NCBI GenBank assembly: GCA_043803105.1
Contig: JAZDKJ010000005.1
Location: 32,001 to 96,000, forward strand
DNA length: 64,000 nt
Source: Candidatus Woesearchaeota archaeon
GTDB taxonomy: Archaea > Nanobdellota > Nanobdellia > Woesearchaeales > JAZDKJ01
Direction of reading: 5' to 3'
Shown: piece after piece, positions 37,392-47,130 of the stretch
Numbering within the stretch: the stretch's first letter is position 1
Layout of the letters: every line of letters begins with the position of its first letter
Translations under genes and position numbers: made by a program
Notes under the pieces: model-generated
Told to the model about the DNA's origin: nothing
The model's database searches: none
The model's input: only the letters and a program-made list of their open reading frames with translations

Positions 37392-37993
37392 ACTCATTAC
37401 TACAGGCAAGAAGACAACTGAAGAAAAAAAAGCCAGACTTCATAATGCAGGACAAGCACAAGAAGGCAAGGCTAAAGACAGCCTGGAGAAAGCCAAAGGG
37501 CTCAGACTCAAAAATGCGAGTCGGCTTTAGGGGATACAGAAGGTCGGTGGAGATAGGATGGGGTTCGCCAAAAGAGGTTAAGCATCTGCACCCAACAGGA
37601 TTAAGACCTGTGGTTGTCCAGAATGCCAAGGGCTTGGAGAAACTCGACAGCAAAACCGACGGGATAATAATCGGCAGCAGTGTGGGCACAAGAAAGAGGG
37701 TTGAGATAATAACCGAGGCAATCAAGAAAAACCTGAGAATACTCAACATCAAGGACCCAAGGCAATTCTTGGAAGAGACGAACAAGAGACTGCAGGCAAA
37801 AGTAGAAGAGAAGAAACAGCAGACAAAGGAAAAGGAAGAGAAAGACAAGGAAAAGAAAGCTGCAGCACAGAAGAAGGAGACAGAAAAGAAAAAAGAAGAG
37901 CCAAAGGACGAACTGGCTGAAAAAGTAGAGGAAGAAGAAAAGAAAAAACAAGAAAAAGAAGAAAAAGACAAGATACTCATCAGGAAAACATGA
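37388..37993 (+). CDS. rpl32e: 50S ribosomal protein eL32 with a long charged C-terminal tail
   Basis: KP.F, WRKPKG.DSKMR, LHPTG, VG.RKR. Confidence 0.95.
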   Translation: MNSLLQARRQLKKKKPDFIMQDKHKKARLKTAWRKPKGSDSKMRVGFRGYRRSVEIGWGSPKEVKHLHPTGLRPVVVQNAKGLEKLDSKTDGIIIGSSVGTRKRVEIITEAIKKNLRILNIKDPRQFLEETNKRLQAKVEEKKQQTKEKEEKDKEKKAAAQKKETEKKKEEPKDELAEKVEEEEKKKQEKEEKDKILIRKT

Positions 37994-38433
37994 CAAACGC
38001 AATGCAAAAACGGCTAGCAGCACAAGTGATGAAGTGCTCACCCAACAGGGTTAGGTTTGACACTGAGAAACTTGACGAGATAAAGCAGGCAATAACCAAG
38101 CATGACATACGAGGATTGGTAAGCGGGGGAGCAATATACGAAAAGCCGGAGAGGGGAGTTTCAAGGTCAAGGGCGAGATTCGCGCACAAACAGAGAACCA
38201 AGGGAAGGCGTAAGGGAGTCGGAACAAGGAAGGGATCGAAGAACGCAAGGCTCAACCAGAAAAGGGTATGGATAGAGAAAATCCGGGCACAAAAGGCATT
38301 GCTCCTAACATTAAAGGAAAACAAGACTATCACACCACAACTTTACAGAAGGCTGTACATGAGCGCGAAAGGAGGATTCTTCAGAAGCGTGAGGCACATT
38401 AAACTCTACATCAACGAGCAAATCAAAAAATGA
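37990..38433 (+). CDS. rpl19e: 50S ribosomal protein eL19
   Basis: QKRLAA, G.SR.R, G.RKG...AR, YR.LY..AKGG.F. Confidence 0.96.
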   Translation: MTNAMQKRLAAQVMKCSPNRVRFDTEKLDEIKQAITKHDIRGLVSGGAIYEKPERGVSRSRARFAHKQRTKGRRKGVGTRKGSKNARLNQKRVWIEKIRAQKALLLTLKENKTITPQLYRRLYMSAKGGFFRSVRHIKLYINEQIKK

Positions 38434-39011
38434 AAACACGAAGCATGCCATACAGGAGAAAGTTTGAAGGCAGAACCAACTACAAGAAAAGACTAAAGCT
38501 CCTGTTGTCAAACAAGCCCAGGCTGGTGATACGCAAATCCAACAAGCACATATCACTGCAGCTAATAGACTACACACCAGAGGGCGATGTGGTGATTGCG
38601 CAGGCGCACTCAGGGCAACTAAAAAAATACGGAATCGACACAAGCAAGAACAACATACCAAGCGCATACCTCACAGGAATGCTCCTTGGCAAGATGGCAA
38701 AAGCAAAGAAAATCAAGGAAGCGGTGCTTGACATCGGGCTGTACAGCTCAACAAAGGGATCGAGGCTTTATGCAGCACTGAAAGGGGCGATGGATGCAGG
38801 CCTTTACGTTATGCACTCAGAAGAGATCCTGCCCAGCAAGGAAAGAATAGCAGGTAACCACATGCAGGAACACGCAAAAGCCATATCAAAACAAGCAGAA
38901 AAATACGCAAAATACTACAGCAATTACCTAAAACAAAAGGTGGAAGCTTTACAAATCACGCAATACTTCAACACAGCAAGGGAGAAAATACAAAATGAAA
39001 CCAACAAATGA
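38430..39011 (+). CDS. rpl18: 50S ribosomal protein uL18
   Basis: EGRTNY.KR, PRLVIRKSN, N.PSAYLTG, LDIGL. Confidence 0.96.
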   Translation: MKTRSMPYRRKFEGRTNYKKRLKLLLSNKPRLVIRKSNKHISLQLIDYTPEGDVVIAQAHSGQLKKYGIDTSKNNIPSAYLTGMLLGKMAKAKKIKEAVLDIGLYSSTKGSRLYAALKGAMDAGLYVMHSEEILPSKERIAGNHMQEHAKAISKQAEKYAKYYSNYLKQKVEALQITQYFNTAREKIQNETNK

Positions 39012-39747
39012 GCCGGCTGAGGAAAGGCGAGAGCAGCCAAAGGTAGAAATCTGGCAGCCGAGAACTGAACTTGGAAGAGCAGTAAAGGACGGCAAGCTCA
39101 CAAAGATAGATGAAATCCTTGACAGCGGAAGGAAGATACTCGAAAAAGAAATAGTTGACGCACTTCTCCCGAACCTGGAATCAGACTTGCTACTCATTGG
39201 ACAATCAAGGGGAAAATTCGGAGGGGGCAAGAGAAGGGTCTTTCGCCAGACCCAGAAGAAAACAAAGGAAGGAAACAAGCCACACTTCGCAACACTTGCT
39301 GTAGTCGGAAACAGAAACGGCTACGTAGGCGTGGGTTATGGAAAAGCAAAAGAGACAGTGCCTGCAAGGGAAAAGGCGATAAGGAGGGCAAAGCTCAACC
39401 TCATAAAAATCCGCAGGGGCTGCGGAAGCTGGCAGTGCGGATGCGGAAAGCCACACTCATTACCCTTCAGCATAGAAGGAAAGTGCGGGTCAGTAGAGAT
39501 AAAACTCATGCCTGCACCAAAGGGCAAGGGGCTGTGCACAGAGAGGGAAGTGCAGAAAATACTTGCCTTAGCAGGAATCAAAGATGCATGGTCGCAGACA
39601 GAGGGGCAGACAAGAAAAAAGATGAACCTTGTGGAAGCGTGCATGAAAGCATTAAAGAAACTCACACAGACAAAGATGAGACCAGAAGAAAGGTCAAACC
39701 TATCAGTGGTTGACGGAGAGGAAAAACCGGCTGAGGCAAAAGAATGA
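38995..39747 (+). CDS. rps5: 30S ribosomal protein uS5
   Basis: W.P.T.LG, VVGN..GYVG.G, RGCGSW.C.C, PAP.G.GL. Confidence 0.97.
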   Translation: MKPTNEPAEERREQPKVEIWQPRTELGRAVKDGKLTKIDEILDSGRKILEKEIVDALLPNLESDLLLIGQSRGKFGGGKRRVFRQTQKKTKEGNKPHFATLAVVGNRNGYVGVGYGKAKETVPAREKAIRRAKLNLIKIRRGCGSWQCGCGKPHSLPFSIEGKCGSVEIKLMPAPKGKGLCTEREVQKILALAGIKDAWSQTEGQTRKKMNLVEACMKALKKLTQTKMRPEERSNLSVVDGEEKPAEAKE

Positions 39748-40148
39748 TCGCAGCAATAAGGATAAGGGGGTCAGAGGGGATACACCGTAGCGTACAAGAC
39801 ACGCTCGAACTCTTGCACCTGCACAAAAAGAATTTCTGCGCGATAATACAGAAAAAGCCGTCAAGCATAGGAATGCTCAGAAAAGCAAAAGACTACATCA
39901 CCTGGGGAGAGATAGACGATAACACCATAAAGATACTATATGAAAAAAGGGGAGAAGAATACAAGGGAAACCCGGAAAGGAAAACAAAGTACATCACAGT
40001 AAACGGAAAAAAACTGAAACCATTCTTCAGGCTCCACCCACCAAGAGGGGGTTTTGAGAGAGCGGGAATAAAGCAGCCCTACACACTTGGGGGTGCTTTA
40101 GGACAGAGAAAAGATGGAATCAGCAAGCTCATACAAAAGATGATCTAG
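39744..40148 (+). CDS. rpl30: 50S ribosomal protein uL30
   Basis: IRIRG, KDYITWGEI, FRLHPPRGG. Confidence 0.96.
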   Translation: MIAAIRIRGSEGIHRSVQDTLELLHLHKKNFCAIIQKKPSSIGMLRKAKDYITWGEIDDNTIKILYEKRGEEYKGNPERKTKYITVNGKKLKPFFRLHPPRGGFERAGIKQPYTLGGALGQRKDGISKLIQKMI

Positions 40149-40149
40149 G

Positions 40150-40560
40150 ATGACAATAAACAAAAGAAAAAAGAACTCAAGGCAGCGCGGAAGCATGAGC
40201 CATGGCTGGGGAGCAAAGAAAAAGCACAGGGGGGCAGGAAACCGCGGCGGAAGGGGCATGGCGGGCACTGGCAAAAGAGGGGACCAGAAAAAGATAAGCA
40301 TACTCAAGATAAAGAACTACTTCGGAAAGCACGGATTCAAGATCAAGGGAAACAGACCAACAATCACAGCGATAAACGTCGAAGAGCTGAACAGGTTTGG
40401 CAAAGAGACAATCAACCTCACAGAGTTAGGGTATAACAAGCTACTTGGAAATGGAAGGCCGGGCAAGAAGTACAACATAACTGTCGAATCATGCTCTGAA
40501 AAGGCAAAACAGAAAATCGAGGAAGCTGGTGGCAAGGTCAACACACCGGCAAAGGCCTGA
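40150..40560 (+). CDS. rpl15: 50S ribosomal protein uL15
   Basis: RGS..HG.G..KKHRGAG.RGGRG.AG, FGK.GF, KLLG.G. Confidence 0.96.
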   Translation: MTINKRKKNSRQRGSMSHGWGAKKKHRGAGNRGGRGMAGTGKRGDQKKISILKIKNYFGKHGFKIKGNRPTITAINVEELNRFGKETINLTELGYNKLLGNGRPGKKYNITVESCSEKAKQKIEEAGGKVNTPAKA

Positions 40561-41948
40561 TGGGAATCTGGAACGACATACTTTCAAACCTTCCTGAGGT
40601 AGCAGGGCCAACACAGAAAAAACTGTCATTCAAGGAAAAACTTAAGTGGACCGGAATCACGCTACTATTATTCTTTGTCCTCGGATATGTACCATTGTTC
40701 GGACTCGGGAAGAATGCACTGCAGCAGTTCGAGTACCTTTCGGTCATCCTTGGAGCAAAATTCGGGTCACTAATCTCGCTAGGCATAGGGCCGATAGTGA
40801 CAGGATCAATAGTGCTGCAACTACTTAACGGCTCGGGGATAGTCAAGTTCGACCTGACAACGCATGAGGGAAAAAAGACATTCCAGGGAGTGCAAAAACT
40901 ATTGTCAATATTCTTTGTCATATTCGAAGGGGCAATCTACGTGTTCATGGGAGGGCTTGCACCACCGCCAGAAATGGCTGGCACAAGCATGTATCTCTGG
41001 GTGCAGTTGTTGCTGGTATTCCAGCTCTTTGTGGGCGGAATACTCATACTATTCATGGATGAGGTTGTTAGCAAATGGGGATTTGGTTCAGGAATATCAC
41101 TCTTCATAGCAGCAGGAGTTTCTGAGACAATATTCATAAGGGCATTCTCGCCACTGGCAAGCCCGACAAACCCGAGCGTGGCAGTAGGTGCAATACCAGC
41201 ACTATTCCAGTCATTATCAGCAGGAGACCCTGTGACAGCAGGATTGATGTTAGCGGCAGTGATATCAACAATACTTGTCTTTGTGGTTGCGGTATACATC
41301 CAGGCAATGAAGATAGAAATACCGCTAAGCTTCGGAAGGATAAGAGGCCACGGAATAAGGTGGCCACTAAGCTTTGTATACACAAGCAACATCCCGGTAA
41401 TACTCGTGGCAGCGCTTCTCGCGAACATCCAACTATGGGCAAGGCTACTACAGAACTTCGGCTATCCGCTGCTTGGAACCTTTGTAGGAAACAACCCGGC
41501 AACAGGGCTCGTGGCATGGATAAACTCACCAAACATAGTGGGAAACCTAATCAAGGGAAGCATAAGCTTTGCAGACATCTGGCATTCGGGAATATACCTA
41601 TTGATTTTCATGGCGGGATGCGTGGTGTTCTCGCTATTCTGGGTACAGACATCAGGCATGGACGCAAGATCACAGGCCAAACAGATAATGGCATCAGGAC
41701 TGCAGATACCAGGATTCAGGAAAGACGAGAGAGTGCTTGAAAGGCTGCTTGACAGGTACATTGGGCCATTGACGGTCATGGGAGCAATAGCAGTAGGATT
41801 CCTCGCAGCGCTCGCAGACCTCACAGGAGCGCTTACAAGCGGAACAGGACTTTTGTTGACAGTAATGATAGTGTACAGGCTTTACGAAGAAATTTCAAAA
41901 CAGCACATGATGGACATGAACCCTATGCTAAGGAAGTTCATAGAATAA
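40560..41948 (+). CDS. secY: Preprotein translocase SecY
   Basis: LGIGPIVT.SI.LQLL, KWG.GSG.SLFI, YTSNIP, QIPGFR, GTGLLL.V. Confidence 0.98.
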   Translation: MGIWNDILSNLPEVAGPTQKKLSFKEKLKWTGITLLLFFVLGYVPLFGLGKNALQQFEYLSVILGAKFGSLISLGIGPIVTGSIVLQLLNGSGIVKFDLTTHEGKKTFQGVQKLLSIFFVIFEGAIYVFMGGLAPPPEMAGTSMYLWVQLLLVFQLFVGGILILFMDEVVSKWGFGSGISLFIAAGVSETIFIRAFSPLASPTNPSVAVGAIPALFQSLSAGDPVTAGLMLAAVISTILVFVVAVYIQAMKIEIPLSFGRIRGHGIRWPLSFVYTSNIPVILVAALLANIQLWARLLQNFGYPLLGTFVGNNPATGLVAWINSPNIVGNLIKGSISFADIWHSGIYLLIFMAGCVVFSLFWVQTSGMDARSQAKQIMASGLQIPGFRKDERVLERLLDRYIGPLTVMGAIAVGFLAALADLTGALTSGTGLLLTVMIVYRLYEEISKQHMMDMNPMLRKFIE

Positions 41949-41981
41949 AGATTTAAATATACGGAGGATTCATAAAAAAGA

Positions 41982-42740
41982 ATGGTGTTCGAATCAATAC
42001 TTAACCCTATATTCTTGCCTTTGTTTACATTACCGAGCGCAATAAGCATAGCAATAATATCAGTACTCCTGTCATTTATCGTGACTATAGTCTATAAGTA
42101 CACAACAGACCAGAAAATGATGAAGGAACTGAAAGACCACATGAAAGAGATGCAGAAAAAGATAAAGGAGCACAGGAGCGACCCAAAAAAGGCGATGGAG
42201 CTTCAAAAGCAGGCAATGGAATCAAACATGAAATACATGGTGCACAGCTTCAAGCCCACACTCATAACGTTCATCCCGATAATAATACTGTTTGGATACC
42301 TAAATTCTGTCATGGCATACTATCCAATAATGCCTGGACAAGAGTTCAGCACAACGGCGGCATTCGCAAAGGGAACAATAGGAAGGGTGACACTAACAGT
42401 GCCTCAAGGATTTGAAATGAACGGAAACGCCACGCAGCCGATAAAGGAGAACCAGGCAAGCTGGCAGCTCAAGGCACCAGCGGGAACATTCTATCTCAAG
42501 TACGAATATAATGGACAGGTGCAGCAAAAACAGGTAATAATCACAGGGCAAAGGCAATATGCGCCAGTGCTAGAAGCGTACAAGAACAGCCCAATAGTAT
42601 CAGTGAGATTAAACAACCAAGCAATACATCCTTTCGGCGGACTGTCTATATTCGGATGGATGCCAGGCTGGCTCGGAACATACATTATCTTCTCAATAGC
42701 AGCGAGCATGGTATTCAGGAAATTTCTTAATGTGTACTAA
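41982..42740 (+). CDS. DUF106 / EMC3-TMCO1 (Oxa1 superfamily) membrane insertase with an inserted beta-rich domain
   Basis: TM1, coiled coil, KP.L.T.IP, C-terminal WL..YI..S; located after secY. Confidence 0.85.
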   Translation: MVFESILNPIFLPLFTLPSAISIAIISVLLSFIVTIVYKYTTDQKMMKELKDHMKEMQKKIKEHRSDPKKAMELQKQAMESNMKYMVHSFKPTLITFIPIIILFGYLNSVMAYYPIMPGQEFSTTAAFAKGTIGRVTLTVPQGFEMNGNATQPIKENQASWQLKAPAGTFYLKYEYNGQVQQKQVIITGQRQYAPVLEAYKNSPIVSVRLNNQAIHPFGGLSIFGWMPGWLGTYIIFSIAASMVFRKFLNVY

Positions 42741-42787
42741 CACACGAAACGCAAACTTTTTAAGCCTGTGTGCAGTGACTGCAAAGA

Positions 42788-44518
42788 GTGAGAAACAAAG
42801 CAATACTAGGTTTGTTATTTCTTCTCTTCATAGGGATAGCCCAAGCAAAATCATACACCCTCGACCTTGCAGACATAAGCTTTACGGTAAATCCTGACGC
42901 AAGCATCTCTGTAAACGAAACCATCACTTACAGCTTTTCTGGACAGTTCAGCTATGCATACATCGAGCTGCAAGAAAACAAAGGTTCTGTTGATAACATA
43001 AATGTATATGATATAAGCTCTGGCAAAGCCCTCCCAGTTGCCTTTAGCATCAGCAATGCGGCTGGAGCAAAGAATGTCAGGTGGGAATTCAATGCAGCTG
43101 ATGAAAAGAAGAGCTTCCTTATACAGTACACCTTGAGGGATGTGCTATTTGTTTATAACGACGTTGCAGAATTTAACTGGAAGATTTGGGGGGATGGATG
43201 GGACCATCAACTCAAGGAAATAAGAGGAAGGTTTGAATTACCTAACAAAGCCCAGAGCAATAAGGATGTATACACGTGGGGGCATCCGGACCTTGAAGGA
43301 AGAATAGCAATCATTAACAACAAAACAGTGATCTACCAGGCATACAATGTGCCTGCACGTCAATGGGTTGAGCTGAGGGTTGTGTTCCCGAGGGAGTTAT
43401 TGCCTGGAATCAGCGATGCAGCAAAAGAACAAACAACAGGCCTTCAACAAATCATTAGCGAGGAGAGCACCTTTGCGAACCAGGCAAGAGTCAGCCTTCC
43501 ACTGCAAGTTTTGTATCTTGTCATACCACCACTAATTGTAATCTTGATATTCATCGGGCTTTACCTGAAACTTGGACGAGAACCGAAAGTGCAGGAAAAC
43601 CAGATTTATGAAAGAGAAGTGCCTTATGATTATTCTCCGGCAATCGTGAGCAGCCTAATAAGGCAGAACAGCAAAAAGCCCACGGCAAAAGACTTTGTGG
43701 CAGAGTTGCTAAACCTATGCCTCAAAGGAAAACTCAAACTTGAACTAATCAAAAAAAAGAAAATCCTTGGGATGTTTGGCTCTGACACAGACTACAAAAT
43801 AATCATAACAAACAAGACAGGAAAACTTAAGCCTCATGAAGAAAAAGTGTTAAAGATAATCAAACAATATGCAAAAGGCAGCTCGATACTCTTCTCTAGC
43901 TTGGAGAAGGAGATAAGGCAGGACAGAAGGGACTTCCAAAAGCAATTTATTGAATGGCAGGGCATGGTCAAAAAAGAAGCAATAACACAAGAGTTCTTTG
44001 CCAAACAAAATTCCTACCTTTGGTTTAACATTGGCAGTGTGGGATTGATTGTTGCTGGACTCCTACTAAACATGAGGATAAGCTTAATCGTAGCAGGAAT
44101 AGTTGGACTCATGATAAACAATATCTTCATTGACGCGCTTCCGAGAAGGACACAGAAAGGGCAGGAACACTATCTCAGGTGGATGCACCTCAAGAAATTC
44201 CTGAAAGACTTCTCTGCAATGAAAGAGCACCCACCAGAATCCATAGCTGTCTGGGAAAGATACCTTGTCTACGGAGTGACTTTGGGAGTGAGCGACAAAG
44301 TGGAGAAGGCAATGAAATTGATATTACCGGACAAGCAATACAAGTCCTCAATATTTGTCGGAGCAGTAAGCTACCATGCCATAAGCACCGCAGGTTTTAG
44401 CCATGCTGTAGATTCTTTCAGCACTTCGTTTGCAGGAGCATCGGGCACTGCAGGCGGAGGAGGCTTTGGAGGCGGCGGAGGCGGTGGCGGAGGAGGCGGT
44501 GGTGGCGGGGCTGGCTAA
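42788..44518 (+). CDS. DUF2207-family membrane protein
   Basis: Signal peptide, V.ETITY.F, ELRV.FP, WE.YLVYG..LGV, Gly-rich C-terminus. Confidence 0.9.
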   Translation: MRNKAILGLLFLLFIGIAQAKSYTLDLADISFTVNPDASISVNETITYSFSGQFSYAYIELQENKGSVDNINVYDISSGKALPVAFSISNAAGAKNVRWEFNAADEKKSFLIQYTLRDVLFVYNDVAEFNWKIWGDGWDHQLKEIRGRFELPNKAQSNKDVYTWGHPDLEGRIAIINNKTVIYQAYNVPARQWVELRVVFPRELLPGISDAAKEQTTGLQQIISEESTFANQARVSLPLQVLYLVIPPLIVILIFIGLYLKLGREPKVQENQIYEREVPYDYSPAIVSSLIRQNSKKPTAKDFVAELLNLCLKGKLKLELIKKKKILGMFGSDTDYKIIITNKTGKLKPHEEKVLKIIKQYAKGSSILFSSLEKEIRQDRRDFQKQFIEWQGMVKKEAITQEFFAKQNSYLWFNIGSVGLIVAGLLLNMRISLIVAGIVGLMINNIFIDALPRRTQKGQEHYLRWMHLKKFLKDFSAMKEHPPESIAVWERYLVYGVTLGVSDKVEKAMKLILPDKQYKSSIFVGAVSYHAISTAGFSHAVDSFSTSFAGASGTAGGGGFGGGGGGGGGGGGGGAG

Positions 44519-44557
44519 TCGCAAAGTATTTTAAGCAGTATTCTTTCTAAAGCCTTG

Positions 44558-45292
44558 ATGGAAATCACAGTGATTGCTTCAGGCAGTAACGGCAACAGTT
44601 GCTTGGTGGAAGAGAAAGGAGTAAGTTTGCTTATCGATGCAGGAAAGAGCTGCAGGGAGACAGAGGCAAGGCTAAATCGTCAGGGAAAAAGCCTGGAAAA
44701 TGTGGACGCATTACTGATAACACATTCACACGTTGACCATATCTGCGGAGCTGATGTCATAAGCAGAAAATACAATATACCAATTTACGCAACGAAGGGT
44801 ACGCAAAGAGAAGCTGCAATTGGCGGATACTGCGTAAAGCAATTTCCAAGAGACTCAACTTTTTTCATAAAAGGGCTAACAATCAGGCCAGTGCAGACAA
44901 GCCACGATGTGACAAGCTGCGGATTTACAGTCGGAAAATTCGGGATATTCACTGATACCGGCATTGTAACAGAACAAATGCAGAACATAATTCCAAAACT
45001 AGAGGCAGTGCTGATCGAATCAAACCATGACATAGACATGGTGCTAAAAGGCCCTTATCCGATATTCTTAAAGCACAGGATATTGTCTGATTCGGGGCAC
45101 CTGAGCAACATCCATGCAAGCCAATTGGTAGCTGAAAAAGGCAAGAATCTTTCCCTGGTAATGTTAGGGCATCTTTCAGCAATCAACAACACAGAAGAAT
45201 TGGCAAGAAAAACATTTGAGACCATAGTGAAGAGAAAAATAGAATATGCTGTATGCTCAAGAGACAAGGAGACTGGAAGCTGGAGCGTATAA
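44558..45292 (+). CDS. Metallo-beta-lactamase-fold hydrolase (YycJ/WalJ-like)
   Basis: SGS.GN, THSHVDH, SHD, TDTG, ESNHD, GHLSN, HLS. Confidence 0.92.
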   Translation: MEITVIASGSNGNSCLVEEKGVSLLIDAGKSCRETEARLNRQGKSLENVDALLITHSHVDHICGADVISRKYNIPIYATKGTQREAAIGGYCVKQFPRDSTFFIKGLTIRPVQTSHDVTSCGFTVGKFGIFTDTGIVTEQMQNIIPKLEAVLIESNHDIDMVLKGPYPIFLKHRILSDSGHLSNIHASQLVAEKGKNLSLVMLGHLSAINNTEELARKTFETIVKRKIEYAVCSRDKETGSWSV

Positions 45293-45358
45293 AAAACTTA
45301 AGCTGTACGGCATCAAGAAGTCTGCAAAGCACAACTATTTCAAATATGCACATCACAC

Positions 45359-46300
45359 TTAGCAGGTTTCTTCCCAGGACCTATAACACTTCTGCAATGC
45401 TTCACACCAGGAATAGCCAGCAGAGGGAATGCAGCCTTGTGCGTCGCGATCTCCACCCAGCAGATTTGCCTGAGGGCTATAAAGAGAAGAGCTTAAGCTC
45501 GATACACCAGCGTGGACGCGTATCTCAATATTTTCAGCACCCTCAACATAGTTATGCAAATAGGTGTTGCCCTGCTTTGTGAATCCAGGAAGGTCAACTG
45601 AGGAGAGACCGCTCTCAACGACAATCCTGGTTCCATAATCCTCAGGCAATTGCAGCAAAAGCTGGCTTGCGCCAATCTCAAGGTCTGCCTTTAGAGGATT
45701 ATGGCCAAGTCGCATAGTAGTGGAGGAAGCCCCAGCGTGCAACTTAAGGTCTGTCACCTGCAAATTAGAGAAATCCAGATTCGCCTTGGCAGCACCGTAA
45801 TCAAGCTTGAGAGAGTAGGCAATCCTTGGAGAAAGCTCGAGATTCCAGATGTCACTTGTGCCGAAGGCTGAACGCCTGCTCAAGATAATATGGTTGCCAT
45901 TCAAAGCCAACAGAGGGTCCTGCGGATTACCTGTAGTGCCGCTGTTTCTGACAAGATAATCACTCGAACCTTGGCTTAAGTTCAGTTCTGCAGCACCCAA
46001 AGCAAGTTCCAGTGAAGCACTATTCAAGTCCCCAGCAGGCAACTCCTGAAGAAAATGCCTTGGCTCAACAAAATTTGGTGTTGAAGGGAACAACAAAATA
46101 ATCAAGACTATAGCTATAATCGCTACAAGCCACCACTTAAGGCGAACAAGGACAGCAAAGCCCAAGACAATAATCAGAATAGGCCAGATGTACTGCCAAT
46201 TAGCAATCGAGAAGCTGAAAAAACCCATTGCCCTAAACAGGAAAAACAGGCCAATTGCTACGAGAAACGCGCCAAAAAATCGTGATGGAGCGTCAGTCAT
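45359..46300 (-). CDS. LiaF/LiaI-like membrane protein with a beta-solenoid-like region and a C-terminal Cys motif
   Basis: N-terminal TMs with WP.LII..G; repeated GA motifs; C-terminal GGDRDAQGCIPSAGYSWC...C...C. Confidence 0.75.
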   Translation of the reverse strand: MTDAPSRFFGAFLVAIGLFFLFRAMGFFSFSIANWQYIWPILIIVLGFAVLVRLKWWLVAIIAIVLIILLFPSTPNFVEPRHFLQELPAGDLNSASLELALGAAELNLSQGSSDYLVRNSGTTGNPQDPLLALNGNHIILSRRSAFGTSDIWNLELSPRIAYSLKLDYGAAKANLDFSNLQVTDLKLHAGASSTTMRLGHNPLKADLEIGASQLLLQLPEDYGTRIVVESGLSSVDLPGFTKQGNTYLHNYVEGAENIEIRVHAGVSSLSSSLYSPQANLLGGDRDAQGCIPSAGYSWCEALQKCYRSWEETC

Positions 46301-46464
46301 TTCCTCCTCCTGAAAATAATAAACAATCCGACTGCAATTATGAGAAAAGGCCAGGCATAGTTAAAGCTAAGCCAATTGAGCTGATTTAACAGGAGGCCTA
46401 CACCTACAATAAGGATCAGCACACCTGCAAGAATCCTGCCAGAAAGGTTTCTTTCCTCTTTCAT
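46297..46464 (-). CDS. Small 2-TM LiaF/DUF5668-like protein (55 aa, below the ORF-track cutoff)
   Basis: MKEERNLSGRILAGVLILIVGVGLLLNQLNWLSFNYAWPFLIIAVGLFIIFRRRK; ATGA overlaps at both ends. Confidence 0.8.
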   Translation of the reverse strand: MKEERNLSGRILAGVLILIVGVGLLLNQLNWLSFNYAWPFLIIAVGLFIIFRRRK

Positions 46465-46892
46465 TTTTTGCGCCTCCCAATCAAGTATATTCCCAAGAGA
46501 ATCAAGAGAGCAGGCCAGATGAAATTAAAGCTGAACCAGTGAAACATATTCTTCAATAGGAATAAGGCACCAATAAGAATAATAACAAAGCCAATAACGA
46601 AATGGCCTGTATGGCTCTCTTTCTTATCATGAACTGACTGCGCTTTCTTTGCAAGCTTTTTTGCAGTACGCTCTGCCATAGTGTCAACAGATGGCTTTTG
46701 GTCAGGGTTAAGTGGCATTACAATCCACAATACAATATAGATAATCAGACCGGTGCCCCACGCCAGAGTCAGAAGAACTGTTGCAAGCCTTATCCAGACT
46801 GGGTCAGCATCATAGAACTCTGCAATGCCACCGCAGACTCCTGCAATAATCTTGTCCTGGCGCGAGCGAAACATCCTTTTTTGTCCTTTCAT
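46461..46892 (-). CDS. PspC-domain protein with a C-terminal LiaF-type TM hairpin
   Basis: RSRQDKIIAGVCGGIAE...DP..IRL, YI..WI.MP; SD-like AGGTGA before ATG. Confidence 0.9.
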   Translation of the reverse strand: MKGQKRMFRSRQDKIIAGVCGGIAEFYDADPVWIRLATVLLTLAWGTGLIIYIVLWIVMPLNPDQKPSVDTMAERTAKKLAKKAQSVHDKKESHTGHFVIGFVIILIGALFLLKNMFHWFSFNFIWPALLILLGIYLIGRRKK

Positions 46893-47130
46893 GAATATCA
46901 CCTGCTCTTCAACAATAGTTTTTGGTTTATAAATTGTTCCAAGGAATCCTACATTGAAAGCTCAATCATGAGCTGCAGAATACACTCTGCCAGAACAGGA
47001 TCCATGGAATCAAGGTTTCCGTCATTCATACCTGTAAATAATCAGAAGGCCTTTATAAGCATAGGCAAGGAAAGATAAATAGGATTCCTACATAAAAGGC
47101 TTTTTATAGTAGAATAAACAATCAATAAAC

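Noticed and set aside
37800-37990. Purine-rich low-complexity tract
   Set aside because: It encodes the Lys/Glu-rich tail of eL32 and is not a DNA repeat element.
28893-41824. Many long antisense ORFs over ribosomal genes (also over nrdD, uvr and the helicase)
   Set aside because: These are shadow frames caused by the A-rich coding-strand bias; they have no motifs.
44450-44517. GGC/GGA-rich repeat (a similar one lies at ~62108-62131)
   Set aside because: It encodes ordinary poly-Gly tails or linkers of DUF2207 and the subtilase.
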